Source of the DNA: Takakia lepidozioides
Lineage: Eukaryota > Plantae > Bryophyta
Reading direction: 5' to 3'
Assembly (NCBI GenBank): GCA_030704615.1
Contig: CM060733.1
Location: 47,678,001 to 47,742,000, forward strand
Length of the DNA: 64,000 bases
The notes under the pieces are model-generated. The model had not been told where the DNA came from, did not search any database, and saw only the letters and a list, made by a program, of their open reading frames with translations. The position numbers and the translations under genes were made by a program. Below, piece after piece: positions 37,791 through 49,315 of the stretch (position 1 is its first letter; each line of letters starts with the position of its first letter).

Positions 37791-39015
37791 CAGTAGGCCC
37801 ATTTTAGCTTGAGCTGCAGTAGGGTCTCCGAATCCATAATATAATTCCCAAAGATAGGTTTGTCTCTGATCCTCAGTGACGCCGAGGCGAAGTATAGTTC
37901 CTATGAAGGGGAGTGTCCAGCTGCAGTATGGGCAGTGGCACATTTTAGATGCTACCTCTATGGCAATCTCTTCACCCTTGTCACGGATCACCAACCATTG
38001 AAGTGATTGATAGAGTCAGACAAGCTTACATGGAAGCTTGCATGGTAGGCACTTATGCTTCAAGAGTACGACTTCCAGGTGGTGCATCGAGCCGGAATAA
38101 TCAACCGGGATGCGGATGGATTGAGTCGCAATCTATGCACAAGTGAGCTTGATGATACATGAGCTCGTTGGCATGGTGAGACGAACGAGGAGATGGTGCC
38201 AGGATGGCACACATCTGCCTTTTTGTGCATTCTAGCAATGAGAGCTCAAGCTGGTCCATCCCATATGATTGGTCATAGAAATAGTGTGCATGACGATCCA
38301 GAAATCAGTGAGGAGCTTAGTGGTGCTAAAGATGTGCATGAAGATGCAGCAGTGTTGGCCTACCTTCGTACTGGAGAGACAACAACCAGTGTGACTGCTA
38401 AGGAGAGAGATCGGATCTTACAACGAGCCAAGAGGTTCAAGTGGGAAGGGACTTACCTACTCCGAGTATGGGAGGATGGACGAGTGAGGATTGTGCCTCA
38501 ACCAACACAACGAGTGCGAATGGTACGCCATGAGTTGGAACATTTTGGGTGCGGCTTCTTTCAATGCACCTACTCCACAATTGCATCATTTACCCATTAT
38601 GAGTTTGGGCTATCGTTGGAGTCTTGACTTCGCAGGCCCATTGCCACTAACGATTCGCCATAACAAGTATGTGCTGGTAATGGTGGAACATTTCTCCAAG
38701 TGGATTGAATTGGTGGCATTGCCTGACAAGGCAAGTGAGGGGGCTGCGTATGCATTCTTAGATCAAGTGCTTAGCCAATTTGGTGCTCCAGCCGAGTATT
38801 CACGGACCGGGGAAGAGAGTTCTTGGGGGAGTTTCAGGCTTTGTGTGAGCAAGCCTTGATAGATCACCGCACTACTTCTCGGGATCATCCCAAGGCTGAT
38901 GGCTTGGCAGAGAGGGTTGTGCAAACAGTCAAGCGAGGCTTGCGCAAGTATGACTTGCAGAAGGGACACTTGGGAGATTGGGACCTTCAGCTACCTTGGT
39001 TGGCCATGGGCTATA
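37790..39015 (+). mobile_element. Ty3/gypsy RNase H-integrase fragment
   Basis: RNase H: YSSYEGEC..HFRCYLYG..VTDHQPLK..QEYDFQVVHRAG..DADGLSR. Integrase: RWSLDFAGPLP..VEHFSKWIE..DGLAERVVQTVKRGL. Stops and frameshifts present. Confidence 0.9.
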
Positions 39016-39034
39016 GCAAGCAGGTGCACGACAG

Positions 39035-39650
39035 CCTCTATATAAGTCTCCCAAGGTCTCTCCCTTTGGGTAAATCACATTGCTTCCTTTTTGACCATAT
39101 CAAAGCATCATCTTGCCATAAGAGGATCAATTTCATTCATAAACACAGATCTGAAAATCTATATATATAGCTTTATAAAGCATACAAGCTATGGCTCTTA
39201 GGCCTTCATATAACGCTCCCAAGGTCTCTCCCTTTGGGTAAATCACAATGTTTCACTTTTGGACATGTCAAAGCATCCTCTTGCCATAAGAGGACCAGTT
39301 TCATTTATAAACACAGATCTGAAAATCTATATATATAGCTTCATAAAGCATACAAGCTATGGCTCTTAGGCCTTTATATAACGCTCCCAAGGTCTCTCCC
39401 TTTGGGTAAATCACAATGCTTCCCTTTTGACCATGTCAAAGCATCCTCTTGCCATAAGAGGGTCAGTTTCATTCATAAACACAGATCTGAAAATATATAT
39501 ATATATAGCTTCATAAAGCATTCAAGCTATGGCTCTTAGGCCTTCATATAACGCTCCCAAGGTCTCTCCCTTTGGGTAAATCACAATGCTTCCCTTTTGA
39601 CCATGTCAAAGCATCCTCTTGCCATAAGAGTGCCAGTTTCATTCATTAAC
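39035..39650. repeat. Tandem satellite-like array, 168-170-bp unit, ~3.6 copies
   Basis: CCAAGGTCTCTCCCTTTGGGTAAATCAC recurs at about 39051, 39219, 39387 and 39557. Confidence 0.92.
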
Positions 39651-42600
39651 ACACATACACACTAGCCTCTTGGCATTGTGAGCTCTAGGCTTAGTGGAAA
39701 TAACTCAAATGAAATAATTCAAGCAAAGAAAAGAGGGGGTGGTGGTGGATCACCCTTACATCAGATGGTGGAGCTCTACTTAGCTCGGTAGCTTGGTGCC
39801 CAAGGTGGCCCTTTCCTAGGTGCTCTTCATGCCTTGCCCAACTCCGGCCTTCCTACTCGTCCTCAAGTCTCCCCTCTAAATGGTGTCCCCACTATGCTTC
39901 CCTCAAAGGCCTCAAGGCCTAGAGCTTGGACTTCCTAAGCTCCTCAAAAACTATCTTCCTAACTAGGGAGTTTCAAGCTCCACTCCCTAGGATCTAGCCC
40001 TCGCAAAAACTAGCAAACACTACAATAACAAAGCAAGAGGAAACTAAGCAAATGAGCTAGACTTGAGCTAGATGAAGAACCAAGAGGGCTTGGCTCTTCT
40101 TTTTAAAGTATTGAAATCTAACCTTAAACTAGTATATGCTTGAGGGGTTTTTAAAAGTCATAGATTGAAATAAAATAAAGCAATGGATGGAAAGTCTTAG
40201 AGGATAGTGGATTTTGGTTTTTCATCCATCCTCTTTGGATGACTAGTTGGCGCAAGTTGGCGCTAGGTTTTCTTCTCATCCATCCACCATCCAGGGCGAA
40301 ATATCCCGTTTCATCCCTTGGATGAGGTAGAAAATCCATTAAAATGGCCATCATAGGGGCCCTTGGCTTGATAATTTGGTGTTGTCAACCATCTCCTCCA
40401 TAAATCACCAGATTTGGTGAATAACTACATTTGAACACCCCGTATGTGCTTGAAAAGTTTTAGGGTAATCGGGAATGATCAGACATCTTCATCGCCATTT
40501 TTTGCCATGTTGCCATACAGGGAAATTGTCATTCCCTTGAAAATAAAATACCAAAGGTGGCTCTGGGGTCTTTGGCCTTGCCACTGGGTTGTGAAGTCAT
40601 CTTGACTTGTTGTCATTCCAATGCAGCGACCTGCTTTCTTGCGATATTTCATCGCTATACACTGTTCCTCCAATTGCCAAGTATGTTCTCATGTGAGTCT
40701 ACTGGACTTGAGATAAGGGAGAATAGAAGGATTGCAATCCGTATCCAAACACTCGCCTTGCAATGTTCGAACAGATCCGCCTTGCCGCTCCTAGTAGTGG
40801 TCGGTTCGCCTAACCTGCTGTCGATGCAGCTTCCTATAGTCATCTTGACGCCTAGAGTCTCAGTCTATGGTCGTCTCAGACGCAATCTGGGGGCCATAGC
40901 TCTTCTCCATGGTCACCTCCTAGACACAACTAATCTTATGTGCTTTGCCGCCAATTCCCAAGTAACTAACAAAACGCCCTGCTTTGGCAATATGATATCA
41001 AAACTGCTTGTCAAAAGATAAAAAATGATCCGAAAATGAAAATGTACCAATATATGCAGCTACATATATGACGACCAATGGGGAACACTCGTCCCGAGTG
41101 TAAGAGAACCTAGAATCTCTGGTTTGCACCATCCCCCTATTAGGGTATCCTTGATATCCCTTGGAGTCAACGACTCTCTTCAGTGACATGAAAAAAATGA
41201 AGAATAATTTTCCTTGGGCTCTCCCTCTTCGGATAGAGTTCAAGTCTTCCGGGAGAGAGGAGAGAAAATAAAAGCAAAAGCCAAGAAATGTTTCAAAGCC
41301 ACCCGACTCGCCCTCTTCGGAGAGAGTTGGAGTTCCCAGATAAAAAATACTTCAAAACCGCCATTCTCCTCCACCGGACTGGGTTCGAATTCCCTAGATG
41401 ATGTAAGAGAGATATGTGCGGTGCAAATTGATGATCCTACTCTAAAATAGCCTTGGAAGGACTTTGGTTCCACGCTATTTGGACATGGCTTGCAGGGACC
41501 TCTCATGGATTTGCATAGCTCATTGTAAAATGCTAGGGCCTCGACTCGAGCTCGGCCGGGCCTAAATGCTCCTAAACATGATGCTTTTGGGGAGTCCTAA
41601 GCAGTGGCTCCCATGACAACAGAAAAGATTGGATACCCAAGGACCCTACCCATGATATGGATGCATTATTTCTAACTAACAATCTTCATGACTCGCAGGG
41701 ACCTCTTATGGATTTCGTAGAGCTCATGGTGAAATTCTTGACTTGAAACGATTGGATCCTTTCTGAACCTCAGAGGACTATACTCTGGAAAAGTGCATCA
41801 TTGCTACCTATCTACTGACCAGGGGTCACAGGCCATTCTGGGTTTTCCTGTGCCCGATGCCCTTCACTCATGTGAGGCGAGCAGCAACCACTGCTCTATA
41901 GCTCACCTTTTACCCCCTCACTGCCGTTGATTTTTCTCTCTCTTCGAGGAATGCTGCAGCGGGATAAGGTGAAAATGACAAAAGGTTTAAGGTTAGAATC
42001 CCCATGTGGGAAGTCGCAGTGCTCCATGCAGGGAGCATCGGTATACTGCGGAATGCTTGATGCAGCAAGCATTTACTTTTTCTCGAGATATGCATTGAGC
42101 AGACACAGATATATTCTGTGATAAAAGACAAATAATGATCGACAGTATGCATTGAACAAGAGTGCATATATTAGCCATCCCATTGTTCCCAATTCCTGCA
42201 CATGTAGTTTTTTACTTGGTGAAGAAAGGAAAACAACTACCAACACATGATCAGTACGAAGATGTATGAAGTCTCTACTAGGCAATTGGATGGTCATAGC
42301 TTTCCTAGCTTATGCCATATTGAACAAGTCTAATTCTACAACGTGGGTTAGATTACTGCACTCTATGTGCCCCGCATCCCAAGGTCTGCCTTGTGGATTC
42401 CAATAACTACCCAAAAATCACACCGGAGAACAAAACACCTCTTTAATGCAAGTGCGTTGCCCCGCATCCCAAGATCTATCATTGGAACTCCAAGAAAGGG
42501 TGTGTCATACACTAAGGGGTAAGAGTCCTATTGACCTCTTCTTAGCGGAGAAGTTTCATTAGATTATTGCAACTTAGTTGCCCCGCACTCCACCTCGGTA

Positions 42601-42779
42601 TGGAGCTCCAATAACCAATGAGTCAGTGGATAGGAAATACCAACATTTCCTTCCGAAAAAACCGGGATGGAATCATAAAGATTTCTCCCTTGGGGGGAGG
42701 GAGGGGGTATATTCATTGATTAAATGAAACTCACATGTAGTAGTGCTTGCACCGGACACTGTTCACCAGGTTGGGGAAC

Positions 42780-44925
42780 TTCACTCCCCTCAGTGTCTCC
42801 AATTGTAATGAGTCGTTGTCAAAGACTGTCTTGACAAGATAGGGACCCATCCAGTATGAGTCGAACTTGGCCTTGAACTCCTTGTTCCGACTGTCGAACA
42901 ACAGTCTCATGGGTCAAAGATTCTCTTTTTGCGTTTGAGATCAAAGCGAGCTTTCCGTCGTCGTTGCACTGCCTCAATGTGTTGAGCTGCTGCTTGCTGG
43001 AATTCATCCAATCCTTCCAACATCTCAAGTCGTTCTTTTAATGACTCCGATGTCGCTAGTCGCTCAGTGATGACCAATCGTAAAGATGGAATTTCGGTCT
43101 TGATCGGCATGATGGACTCTACCCCGTAGACCAATGAAAAGGGGGTATGTCGAGTGGTTACCTTATGGGTCGTGCGAAATGCCCACAAAGCTGAAATCAA
43201 TTTGGTATCCCAATCCCGCTTGTGCTCCCTAATTGTTTTGGAGAGGATGTTGCACAGGGTTTGGTTGGCGCGCTGCACCTGGCCGCTCGTTTGGGGATGA
43301 TAAGGAGTTGCCTTGCGATGTTTGATGGAAAATGCCGCCATCATCTCCTCGATGACATCATTGATGAAATGAGATCCTCTGTCACTCACGATCTCTTTAG
43401 GGCATCCAAATCGAGAAATGATATATTCGTAAATGAAGGAAACGATTACCTGTGCGTTGGCCTTCTTAACCGCTTTTGCCTCTGCCCACTTGGTCAGGTA
43501 CTCAGTGGCTACAATGATGTAGCGATTTTGTCGACTTGATGCGGGGTGCACTTCCCCTACATAGTCAATCCCCCACTTCTCAAATGGAGCAAGAGGGAGG
43601 GTGGGGACTAACGACATTCCAAGCCTATTATCCCTTTTGGCGTATCTCTGGTAAGAGTCGTACTTTTGCACGTGCACGTGCGCATCTTTGAACATGGTGG
43701 GCCAGTAATATCCCGCCCTTAAAGCTTTCTGCACCATGAGCCGCCCTGCAAAGTGTCCTCCGCACATGCTGTCATGGGCTGACTCTAGAATCTAGGGAAC
43801 CTCCTCCGGAGTGACGCATCGTCTCAAGAGTCCATCCAATCCCCTCCTATAAAGTTGCCCCCCCACAAGGGCAAATTTCATACTGCGCAACTGAAGTCGT
43901 ATTCGTGCGTGTCGATCTATTCTTGGTGGGTGCTCCATGGTGCTAAAGTACTGAGCAATGTGCTCATACCATAGTGGAACCGTTTCGATTGAAAATAAGA
44001 AAACATCCGAAAAGTCATCGTCAATGGGCTTGTCCCTTATTCTTTCCGACAACCGGGAAAGGTGATCGGCCTGAACATTGAGTCGTCCGGGCTTGTAGAC
44101 TACCTTGTAGTCGAGTTCCTGAAGTAAAATGACCCACCGTGCAATCCGTCCTGTCAAGTCAGGCATCGCCACGCCATGTGGTTAACAAAAAATGTAAATG
44201 GGGTCTCCAACAAATAATGCCGATATTTCTTCACGGCAAAAATCATTCCCTCTATGGTGCTGTACCTAGTCTCAACGAACGTAAGGTGTCGACTGACGAA
44301 AGTTATCGGATGATCATGGCCATCAGCATCCGGTTGGCAAAGGGCACATCCTACTGCCACTGCTGAAGCATCAACATATACGTGGAACGGCTTGTTCCAA
44401 TCTGGAGCTGCCAAAACTGGTGCAGACACCAAGCGTTGCTTGAGCATCTCGAAGGACTCTTGACATCTTGCATCCCAGGAAAATACCTGGTTCAATTTCA
44501 ATAATCGAATCAGAGGTAATGTCTCTACTCCATAAATTTCCTATACCACCCTTTGTGGCCAAGGAATCCCTTCACCTTGGACGACGTCTCCGGTTCAGGA
44601 AGTTCGACGATGGCGCTTACTTTTGCTGGATCAGTTGTCACGCCGTCTCTGGACACTATGTGTCGAAATAGCAATCCATGTGTGACTGCGAACACGCACT
44701 TCATTGGATTGAGAGATATCCCATTCTCTCTGCATCGGATGAAACATTCTTGTAGTGCTACAACGTGATCCTTCGTCTCTCCGTTGCAACAAAGGTCATC
44801 TAGAAAAATGACTAGATTCTTTCTCACGATGTCTGAGAAAGCATAAGTCATGACCTTCTGAAATGTCAGGGGTATGTTGCACAGGCCAAAAGACATCCTT
44901 GTGTAGGCAAGAGCTTTCTTCACAA
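42780..44925 (-). mobile_element. Ty3/gypsy RT-RNase H-integrase, 5'-truncated
   Basis: RT: RMSFGLCN..IFLDD. RNase H: FHVYVDAS..GRIARWVILLQE..QADHLSR. Integrase ORF 42907-43767: GGHFAG..PFEKWGIDYVG..IVSDRGSHF..YHPQTSGQ. GPY/F-type WMGPYL near 42845. Confidence 0.93.
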
Positions 44926-45833
44926 GCTCTCAAACTTTACAATGGGGCTCTCCTTGAAGACCTCCACATGTGCATCAACACCATAAGGACTTTCTTTGCA
45001 ACCCTGCAACACCTTGTCCCACAAGAGCTATCTACCAAGCTCTTTTCAACACATTGAGTGTTAAACTATGCTAGCACCTTGCACTCATCGATGTAAGCAG
45101 GTCTTCTTCTACTGATAAGGAAATGGTGAAAGGAGATGAAACCACTCTATCACGTTATATAAGTCAAGCCAATGGCACCTTTGCTAAATGACTCCACCAT
45201 ACAGACCTCACCCACTCTTCATCTGAAGTACTAGAGCTATGGCGGCGAGAGAGGCATCGGAAGGTTCGACTAGAAGAAGATGAGCATTCATACGATTTCA
45301 CGTGGAGATAACCTCTCCACGTCCTAAGTGAGGTTCGCCACCTTACTTGGCACACGAAACCAAATGAAGTCCCAATGCCAACAAAATACAAATATAAATG
45401 TACAATGTCCTAATTAGCTAGAAATACTATTTCTAATCACAAACAAAACCATGACAAACTATTGTTGGTACTGGCAACCAAAGAAATATCATGGATATCT
45501 TAACGAGACAAGAAAGAGTATTCTATCTCGATAGATAATACTAGCCCTTTGGCCCTATAACAAATAAGAAAAACGTTGACTACGGTTACAACCCCCTAAT
45601 AATAATAATAATAATAATAATTGGTCCACCATTTATTATGATCGCATCTTTGTTTTGTTAGAAGCTGCCGAGGTAAGACACCGGAACCACCACTGGTATT
45701 GGTATTGGTAGCACGACTGCAAGCCGTTGCCGTACTTTAATTTTGCTAGTTTTTATATCGTATATCTTAAATAAGAGTAAGATAAGAAAGTAAATTGCTG
45801 CATTTAATAACTAAAAAAGAAGCCAACCGTCAA

Positions 45834-45897
45834 TAAAATGTCGTGCACCTAAGCATCGTCGTGCACCTAACACGATGCTTAGGTGCACGACATTTTA
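45834..45897. repeat. Perfect 26-bp inverted repeat with 12-nt loop
   Basis: Arms TAAAATGTCGTGCACCTAAGCATCGT and ACGATGCTTAGGTGCACGACATTTTA. Confidence 0.95.
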
Positions 45898-46240
45898 ATT
45901 CTTCACACATGGGCCAACGGCATAGGCTACACTAGAGGTCGTCAACATAGGAGACGCATTGCATACATAGGAAAATTGCACTTGATCTTAGATTTTCAAT
46001 TCTTCACACATGGGCCAAAGGTAGAGGCTATCCCAGAGGTTGCACTTGGGCCTCGACATAGGAGACGCATTGGGATATATAAAAGATCTTACACTTTGGA
46101 CTTAGATGACACTTGAGCCCACTGCACATGCTACGCATTTGGGCCTCGACATAGGAGACGCATTTGGATACAAGGAGGATTGCACTTGGACTCATATGAC
46201 ATTGGACACTTGGGCCAACGGCACAGGCTACCCTAGTACC
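45898..46240. repeat. Degenerate direct-repeat array
   Basis: CATAGGAGACGCATT occurs three times, with recurring GGGCCAA and TTGCACTTG motifs. Confidence 0.7.
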
Positions 46241-46668
46241 TACTAACATGAGATGTATCAAGATGCATGAACATCTCACATCTTACCAATTTGTCATCTA
46301 CTTCTTCACCCATTATCTAGTCATATTTAATTCTTCTTCAATTATTTCCCGCAACTTGTGCAACCAGACACTTTGTGGTAACCCTGTTATGATCGTGTTA
46401 AACATATAACAGAAATTAGGTTAGGGAGGGATAAAAATGTGCTCAAGTTTTGAAAGGCTCTGAGAAGCTGGGGTCTTAGGAGTTGGAATTGAATTCATAA
46501 GAGTTTAGACTTAGTTATGTGCTCCAACTTTGAAGAGCTTGGGCTCATTAGGCCTAGTCAGAGCTTGAGTTTGTGAAAGTTAGGCTTGACAGTGCTCCTA
46601 GTGATGACAAGCTTCGGGCCTTGAGGACACCCCAGGGTTATTGACTTGAAGCGGGTTGATCTTATCAT

Positions 46669-47751
46669 CTATTTTAACTTGCGCTTCTTTCTGGCCAGAT
46701 CTGCCCTTCTTTCCTCCTCTTCAATCAATGCCAGCTCCCGATCATCTTCCTGTTTCGCAATTTTTGCACTCCGACGTTCTTCTGCTTGAATCTTACTGAA
46801 GCCAACCTCCATGTTCCGATCATCTTCATCGTCCACATCCCGGTACTTGTTGGGATTGTACCCGAACATTTTTTGTATTATGCTGGAGACACCATGATAA
46901 CCACCCCTGCCATGCTCATCTTCATCAGCCAGAAAAGAGTCCGATGAGGAGTCATCGTCCGAACCCCTATGTAGTTGCTGGCTATCTGCAACCTTTCTTG
47001 CTTTATTTGGTCTCAAGGGCCCCGGTTTTATAGCAGCTTTGAAATGCTTTGCTTGCACACCCTGTCTTGAAGTTTCGGACTGCTGCCTTACTTGAGGTCC
47101 AACAACTGAAGCTGACCTTTCCATTTCTGGTGTATGAGATTGTCGGGATTTTTTTTGCTGAGGCAGGTTTGATGACGACGATACTCTGGATTTTGAAGTG
47201 CTGACAAGCTTCAAGGGTGTGGAAGAACGAGATGAAGCATCCTTTGATGATGCAGCAGTCCGGTGTTGCTCTGAACTTCGACGTTCACCTACCACCTTCT
47301 TCGCGCCTTCCAGCCGTGCTCTCACTCCAGGCTTTGGAGTTTGTGAAGACTTGTCAGGGGCTTTGCTCGGTGCATCCGAAAATAGAAACGAATAGTCACG
47401 TGCCTCTTTCAACTGCTGGGCTTTCAATGCAACCTCGTTTATGGGCTTGACTGGTGTTGAAACCTTTCTCTCTCCAGGTTTAGAAGCGCTTGCAGATCTA
47501 GAGCTTGGCCTAGCAGATGACAAAGATGGTCGTTTTGTTGCAATTTGCTCAGCCTGGGCCTGCTTTGCAGTTCGGGCGGCGACCATTTCAGAGACCTTCC
47601 TGGCAGCAGCTTCATCAAGGATGCGCTTGGCCACAACAGGCTTGGAGGGACCGAAGAAGGAACCAAAACTTCGGTCATATGGAAGAGCACGCTTCTCGCC
47701 CTTCGTGTTTGAATCCAACTGCAATCGCCCCTCTGCCATCGCAGGGGTCAT
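46669..47751 (-). CDS. SPT2: SPT2-like histone chaperone, intronless and probably 5'-truncated (possible retrocopy)
   Basis: Has LPYDRSFGSFFGPSKPVVAKRILDE, QLKEARDYSFLFSD, and the C-terminal SPT2 domain SSIIQKMFGYNPNKYRDVDDEDDRNMEVGFSKIQAEERRSAKIAKQEDD. Uninterrupted 360-aa ORF. Confidence 0.85.
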   Translation of the reverse strand: MTPAMAEGRLQLDSNTKGEKRALPYDRSFGSFFGPSKPVVAKRILDEAAARKVSEMVAARTAKQAQAEQIATKRPSLSSARPSSRSASASKPGERKVSTPVKPINEVALKAQQLKEARDYSFLFSDAPSKAPDKSSQTPKPGVRARLEGAKKVVGERRSSEQHRTAASSKDASSRSSTPLKLVSTSKSRVSSSSNLPQQKKSRQSHTPEMERSASVVGPQVRQQSETSRQGVQAKHFKAAIKPGPLRPNKARKVADSQQLHRGSDDDSSSDSFLADEDEHGRGGYHGVSSIIQKMFGYNPNKYRDVDDEDDRNMEVGFSKIQAEERRSAKIAKQEDDRELALIEEEERRADLARKKRKLK

Positions 47752-49315
47752 AGACCGAGCGTAGAACCTCTTGAATGGTGCCTTGATTTACAGAGGCCAG
47801 AAACAGCCAATCCTCCTCAGCCTCCTCAGCCTCCTTGTACGCCGCTCTTGGTACCTCACCACCCAAATCGCCTTTTTTTCTCCCTACATTCGCTTCTGCA
47901 CGAATCTAGATATGATCTCTCAAGCAAGAAAACCAATAGTCTTTGATACTCCATCCCACGAATTGCATGCTCCCCTCTCACGAACCTCCCTTGGCATCGG
48001 CTTCACTGTGATCAGCAAGATCATTCCTCACCTCTGTCCTCGAGAAGCATGTAAATGCATCCCCCAACAGAAACAAACTATATACACACATATGGAAGGT
48101 CGCTCTTAACCCATAAATAGTAAAAGTAGAAGAAAGGCTTTAAGCAAAGTGAGAATTGGCCAAAGCCTAAGAAAGGCTAGTCAGCCAATTACAGCAAAAA
48201 GTAAGCTTTAAGAGCACGAAAAGATAAGCCTGGCTATCTTTAAGCAAGGGTTGAGATCTGGTTTGAGTCTAAAAGGTAGAGACGAGAGAGAGAGAGAACT
48301 CAAAGAGAGGTGGTCATAGAGAGAGTGACTCAGAGCTTGTTGAGATCTAGAATGATCCAGTATTCTTTCGCAAGCAGCAAATCTCGGTTGGGAGGTTAAC
48401 TTGCTCAGAGATGAGGTGGATACAGATTAATTATTGTCCAAGTGATTTGAAATATTTGGACCTAGGGCCTGTTAGCGTCTTTACAGTAACATGGCTTCTG
48501 ATGATCGATTTCTGCTGCATGAAGATCCCCGGTTTGCAACAACATGCTTGCCCAACATGTTGAGAGTGCAGTAAAAATCTGCGTGGACCTAACACAGAAG
48601 CTGAAGTCTGAGAACTTATTCTTTCCAAACCGTACTGCATTCTGCGTGGTATTCAATTAAGGGTCAACCTCGGTAAGGTGAGTCTAACACTTGCAGAGTG
48701 CACCAACATTTTTCAAAAGTGATGCATCCTCTGGCTACTGTAGTGCAGGGCTGTTCATTTTTTATACCTGGGTTTTTGGTCTCTGTCGAAATTTGGATAC
48801 ACAGGTCCTGCAAGGTAGAATTGAATCTGAGAGTACTCTAGTATTACCAATCGCTGCTCACGCGTGTATATCAAGATGGAACTGAGAATTCGATAGCTCA
48901 GGATATTTCTCAATTTTGTCATTGCCAATGTCAGACACCTTTTTGTGAGAAACTGTAGCAGCGTCGATTGTTTGATTCCCTTTTGGAATTGTGCAACCTG
49001 ACAGTTCTGACAAAACTCAGCATTAGGGAAGATCTCCAGAAACTCACAGTGCAAAATTGTTCATTCTTACAGGGGCTAGATCATGTAATTAACAATGATC
49101 TAACCAAAACCAACTAGAACCAAGATATGAACCATTCTCTTGCACTTGTCCAGCTGACAAGTGCACATTTCAGGATACCTTGACTTTTTCCCTGTGTATG
49201 CCATGAGAGTAAGCAAAGCAGAAACTGATGACTAGCAATTTATCATTTCTGTCATCTGGATCACAACCCCTCTGGTCAGGGTTGTAAACTTGCAACTAAA
49301 GAGTGTCTTCATTAT

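Noticed and set aside
39035-39650. Regular repeats as a CRISPR-like array
   Set aside because: Whole units repeat with no unique spacers, the context is eukaryotic, and there are no cas genes.
39660-41620. Possible LTR or solo LTR (ends ..CCCATGACA near 41617)
   Set aside because: No second LTR, PBS or TSD could be established, so it is left uncalled.
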